From contig NC_086097.1 in NCBI RefSeq assembly GCF_963921235.1, forward strand, positions 29,266,001 through 29,330,000: a stretch of 64,000 nucleotides of DNA. Reading direction: 5' to 3'. The notes below the pieces were generated by a model. The model was not told where the DNA came from. It did not search any database and was given only the letters and a program-made list of their open reading frames with translations. Positions 62,093 to 64,000 of the stretch are shown piece after piece. Source of the DNA: Mobula hypostoma. Lineage: Eukaryota. The translations under genes and the position numbers were made by a program. Position 1 is the first letter of the stretch. Every line of letters starts with the position of its first letter.

Positions 62093-64000
62093 TGTGTGTA
62101 CAGCTGAATGATAATAAATTGAATTTTAACTTGAACTTGAATCATAGTGTAGGTTAAAAGGTTGGTGCACCATTGTGGGCCGAAGGACCTGTATTGTGTT
62201 GTACTGTTCTACGTTCTATAATTAGACAGTCTGTCTTATGAAGAATGGGGAAGAATGGGGAAAGAGGTAAAGATAGTCACAGAATAAATAATTTAAATTG
62301 GTAAATCTGGTAAATTGGTTCAGTGAAGTACAGTGAAAAAGTAGAGCCATGCACACAGATCATTTCATTAAAATCAATGCATTCAGGAAGGAAAAAGAAA
62401 ATTAAAAACAGTGCAGAATAAAGTGTTACAGTTACAGAGCAAGTGCAGTGCAGGCAGACAATAAGATGCAAGATCATAATGAGGTAGATTGTGAGGTCAA
62501 GAGTCCATCTTACCGTACAAGGAGATGGGCTTATAACAGTGGGACAGTAGTTGTCCTTGAGCCTGGTGGTATGTGCTTTCAGGCTTTTGTATCTTCTGCC
62601 CGATGGGAGGGTGATGAAGATAGAATATCCAGGGTGGCTGGGGTATTTGATTATACTGGCTGCTTTACTGAGGCACCCAGACATGTAAGACAGAGTCCAT
62701 GGAGGAGAGGCTGGTTTCTGTGATGTGCTGAGCTGTGTTCACATTCTCTGTGCCTTCTTACAGAGGTATGTTCCAAGGTCATTATTAGACCAAAATCAGA
62801 TCTCCAGGCACAGGTTGAGGAGAGATGAATAGAAGCTTGGCAAAAGTTTTGAGAAGCGTCTGTACCATTCAATGTTGTGCGAGGTAAATTGTGAGGTTAG
62901 GAGTCTGCATTATCATGCTAGGGAACCATTCAATAATGTTATAACAATGGGGTAGAACCAACCCTTGAGCCTGATGGGTACATGCTTTAAGACTTTGTAT
63001 GTGCTGTCCAACAGGAGAGGGAAAAAAGAAAAGATGGTTGAGATAATTTAGGCTGCTTTACTGAGACAGCAGGAAGTGTAGACGAAGTCTATGGAGAGGA
63101 GGCTGCTTCTTCTGTCCACTGGGAGTGGGGCGGAGAGAGAATGCCTTGGGTGGGAGGTGTCTTTGATTATGTTGGTATATTTACAAGAGTGAGGTTCGAA
63201 AGAAATTTAATACAAGTTAGCAGTGGTTTGCTCCTAAAGAAGGTAAGTTTGCAAATAAATATGGAAAATGAGAAGACAGCAGATGAATTAAAGAGATGTT
63301 TTGCTCTATTAAATTGGAAAATAACAAATATAATTCCTTCGGGAGGGAAACAGAAAGCAGGAAATTACAGGTCAGTTAGCTGAACATCTGCCACAAAGAA
63401 ATGTTAGAATCCATTATTAAATATTTTATAGCAGGGCACTTTGAAAATTGTAAGATGATCAGGAAAAGTCGACATAACTTTATGAAAGAGAAATCATAAT
63501 TTATTGGAGTCCTTTGCAGAAATTACCCATACTGTGGGTAAAGGGGAGCCAGTGGATGTACTAAGAGAAGGTGCAGGGAAGATTTACCAGGAAGCTGTCT
63601 GGATTAGGGAGCATACCCTTTGAGGAAAGGCTGAGTGAACTAGTGTTTTTCTCTTTGTATTGAAAGAAGATGAGAGCAACATAGAACACTACAGCACAGT
63701 ACAGGGCTTTCAGGCCACTGACCTTTTAACCTACTCTAAGGTCAATTTAACCCTTCCCTCCTGCATAGCTCTGAATTTTCCTATCATCCATGTATCTAAG
63801 AGTCTTTTAAATGCCCCTCTATCTATCTGTACCACTACTCTGGCACATTCCATACACCCAACACACTCTGTATTATATAAAAAAAACTACCTCTGATATC
63901 CTTCCTACACTTTCCTCCAATCACTTAAAATTGTGGTCCCATTTCAGCCCTGGGAAAAAGTCTCTGACTCTTCAATCTATGTACCTTATCATCTTGTACA

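Overview
Repeat-dense eukaryotic (vertebrate) DNA. The repeat inventory (CR1 with 8-nt tail, Rex1/Babar, V-SINE, Penelope-type short repeats, 52-bp GGGACAGTGTAGAGGGAG satellite) suggests a cartilaginous fish, probably a ray; this is inference. No complete host gene is visible, only two unassigned candidate exons and a few repeat-free islands that look like regulatory DNA. Main observations: (1) An intact, apparently young full-length CR1 LINE (26429-31239, minus) has a tandem 173-bp promoter-like 5' array. Its ORF2 has no usable AUG and overlaps ORF1 by 16 nt, and that overlap contains a U_UUA_AAC -1 slippery heptamer. (2) A Gypsy-type LTR element carries an intronless RBM25 retrocopy in place of most of gag-pol. 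(3) Three short non-coding retroelements have HDV-like ribozyme folds at their 5' ends, two with an unusual expanded L3 loop. Penelope-linked minimal hammerhead motifs are also present, one at the tip of a 211-bp palindrome. (4) A truncated Hero/R2-type element has turned its 5' junction codons into a minisatellite and is flanked by a ~61-bp duplication. (5) An old AT-rich satellite and a young G-rich minisatellite appear to be the same unit, differing mostly by A-to-G changes. All assignments were made by eye; no searches or folding programs were run.
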